From Carcharhinus amblyrhynchos (taxonomy: Eukaryota), in the NCBI GenBank assembly GCA_965287045.1, contig OZ336872.1, forward strand, positions 112,530,001-112,594,000: a stretch of DNA of 64,000 bases, read 5' to 3'. Both the position numbers and the translations under genes were made by a program. The notes below the pieces were generated by a model that searched no databases, was not told the origin of the DNA, and saw nothing but the letters and a program-made list of their open reading frames with translations. Below are positions 61,534-64,000 of this stretch, in pieces; within the stretch, counting starts at the first letter, position 1; each line of letters begins with the position of its first letter.

Positions 61534-64000
61534 TTTCTCCCCCTTTAGCTCGGTTTCTCTCCCAGGACCCCTGCTGTGAGAAATTCCTTTCTGCTGCTTG
61601 GCATCTGGTCTGAGGTCCATCCAAGGCAGGGTTGTTTCTGGCGGTGTGAACTGAATGGGGAGCCATCGCTTCCAGAGGAAGTGAGAGAGCGTGACTGATT
61701 CAAGTTCCTCCTTGGGTTCCTCTTCAGCTGAGATATCAGCTTCCATCTCTGAGTCTGTGTTCTTGTTATCCAGAGGGGCTAACATGGGCTCGGTTTCAAG
61801 TTGTGGGCAGACACGGAAGGCAGCCACTTCCACGGCTAGTAGTAAGTCCTGATTGGGAGTGGACTACCTGCCCCTGTGATGGTCCAGGTGTTTCTTTCTG
61901 ATTTTGCCCTGGTCTTTAGCTTTGTAAGATACTAGCCCTGTTTTCTCCTTAATGATTCCAAGGACCCAACAGGGACTATTTCCGAATTTCCTTCCATGAA
62001 CCAGATGACTGTTTCAAATATTCTTTCTGCCCTTACAGAATCATGATTTTATTTCTGGCTTTTTTTGTTGGATCTTCACACTCTCCACTAGGTTTGGTAA
62101 CAGTAGACTCAGTCTTGTGCAATGCCTCGATCCCATGAGCAGTTCCGTTGGAGAATTTCTGTTGTTGAAATAAGCATGGTTCTTTAGTCAAGCAATAATC
62201 ATGCCAATTTGCTTTTGTGGATGCCGCTGGTTCTTTCTGCATGGTGTTTTTGAAAGTTTGCACTGTCTGTTCTGTCAGTCCATTTGATGACAGGTGATAA
62301 GGTGCAGTCCAGATGTGTTGTTTTTAAGTTTATTTATTAGTGTCACAAGTAGGCTTACATTAACACTGCAATGAAGTTACTGTAAAAATCCCCTTGCCGC
62401 CACACTCTGGCGGATAATTTAGAATGGCCAATGCATCTAACCAGCACGTCTTTTGGACTGTGGGTGGAACCCAGAGCACCCAGAGGAAACCCACACAGAC
62501 ACGGGAAGAATGAGCAAACTCTGCACAGACAGTGACCCAAGCCAGGACTCGAACCTGAGTCTCTGGCAATGGGACCCAGCCATGCTAACCAGTATGCCAC
62601 CGTGCTGCCCCACATGGTTGGATAATGGTTGGATACCATTAGTGAGCACAAAGTTCTGGAAGTCATTGCTAGTATAGGTTGTGCCGTTATCAGAAACCAG
62701 GATGTCTGGTATTCTGTGCTTGCACAAACACTGTTGTAACTACTCAATTGTAGTGTGAGAGGTTGTGGAGCCCATGTGGTGCACCTCCAACTACTTGGAG
62801 TGTGAATCTATCATGATTAAAACATGGAATGCAGAAAGGACTCATGTGCACACGTATCCATGGCCTGCCAGTTAATTCCCATGGATGTAGTGAGGCTGGG
62901 GGAGGGAGTTTTAATTTCTTGGCATTAGACTCACCATTTCACCAAGTCTGTGATGTCTGAGTCAAGGCTGGGTCTCCAGATATAGATCCTAACCAGCATT
63001 TTCATTTTTGAAAATTCTGGGTGACCTTATGTAGTTCCATTAATATCAGACACCACCCTGGATGAGGAACAACAACTTGCGGCTGCACAGAATGACCCCA
63101 TCCTCAATATCAAGTTCATCTATTTTAGCCAGGTAGGATTTCACTTCTTCTGAGGCCTGTCCTCAGAATCCACCACATAGGAACATATGCATTATTTTAA
63201 TTTTAGACAAAATTGGATCGTTTTGTGCCCAGGCTTTAATTTGCCTTGTGGGTACCAGCAGCCTCCAAAATATTTAGAGTCATCACAACCTCTTCTAATG
63301 CTTGTAGAGGAGTCAGGCTGATGGGCAACGAGAGGTGACTTAGCATATCAGTGATGACCATCCAGTTTCAGGGCAGTGCTCCAAAAGGCTACCCTTAGGC
63401 TACAAGTAACAAGGGTCAATGCTGTATCTGGGCAGAGGCAATGAAGGGGAATTGCTTTATCTTCTTTAATAAGTTCCAATAAGGGAATGTGGTCAGTAAG
63501 TGTTATGAAACATCTGTCACAAATGTATTGATGGAATTTTTTCACACCAAGCACGACTGCCAATCCCACTTTTGCTGTCTGAGAATTCCTCCGCTTGGCA
63601 TCTGACTGGATCCTGGATGCATAAGTAATAGGCCTGTCCATCCTGTCTTTCCAGCAATGATCAGGGTTGACATAGATCTTCGCTTTGGCCCCTTTTATTT
63701 TTCACAGTACTTCTTGAAAAACTCCAGAGTATCTACTGATTACTTTGTACACTTCCCCCACCCCTAGCCTGAAGATCTCTCAACCTGATCTGCTGGAGCC
63801 AATCTCTTCCATAAGACTTGGTCCTTGCCTCCATACAACAATGAGTGAGAGATGAGCCTGTAAGTCACTGGGTCATTGTGGTGCCTTTAATTTGTAAAGG
63901 TTTCCTCCATGTAGGCTGTTAGTCTGGCCTTCATGTCTTCTAAGCTCAGGAGTTGGATGCCATTTTGGAGGTGCTTGTAGGGTCTGTTCCCCAATAACAG
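61534..64000 (-). mobile_element. Ty3/Gypsy LTR retrotransposon, decayed pol region (protease trace, RNase H, integrase)
   Basis: RNase H DRPITYASR..GLAVVLGVKKFHQYI..TDHIPL (63348-63641). Integrase LVSDNGTTYTSNDFQNFVLTNGI and TAPYHLSSNGLTEQTVQTFK. Frameshifted; most of RT appears deleted. Confidence 0.9.
62322..62612 (-). mobile_element. HE1-like SINE (GTGACACTAATAAATAAA tail) inserted in the Gypsy integrase
   Basis: Head GGGCAGCACGGTGGCATACTGGTTAGC, tail TTCATTGCAGTGTTAATGTAAGCCTACTTGTGACACTAATAAATAAAC. It splits the NGI|HIWTAPYH motif. Confidence 0.92.

Noticed and set aside
1-64000. CRISPR arrays, rRNA, prokaryotic operons, or an intact autonomous transposon
   Set aside because: No repeat-spacer arrays or rRNA seen; the DNA is vertebrate and every TE ORF is truncated or disrupted.

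Overview
This is vertebrate genomic DNA, very likely from a shark (inferred from HE1-type tRNA-derived SINEs and abundant CR1 LINEs). It is centred on the single-exon Sox2 gene on the minus strand (CDS 37064-37996). The promoter, 5' end, 3'UTR and polyA site are recognisable, as are homologues of the SRR1/N2 enhancer (~40650-41065) and the SRR2 enhancer (~34460-34540). Sox2 lies in a ~36 kb block (~14.4-50.7 kb) that is almost free of transposons, retains CpG, and carries many transcription-factor motif clusters plus a candidate Sox2-overlapping-transcript exon. Both flanks are dense nests of decayed CR1, L2, Rex1/Babar, SINE, hAT, MITE-like and Gypsy elements. Sox2 is the only intact host gene; the other ORFs are TE remnants or chance. 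I found no wholly new biological system. The best leads are an SRR2 homologue with an intact Oct half-site but no Sox half-site, perfect octamers in the promoter and SRR1, and a SINE family that appears to use two different LINE-derived 3' tails. All comparisons with human or mouse sequence are from memory and need alignment.
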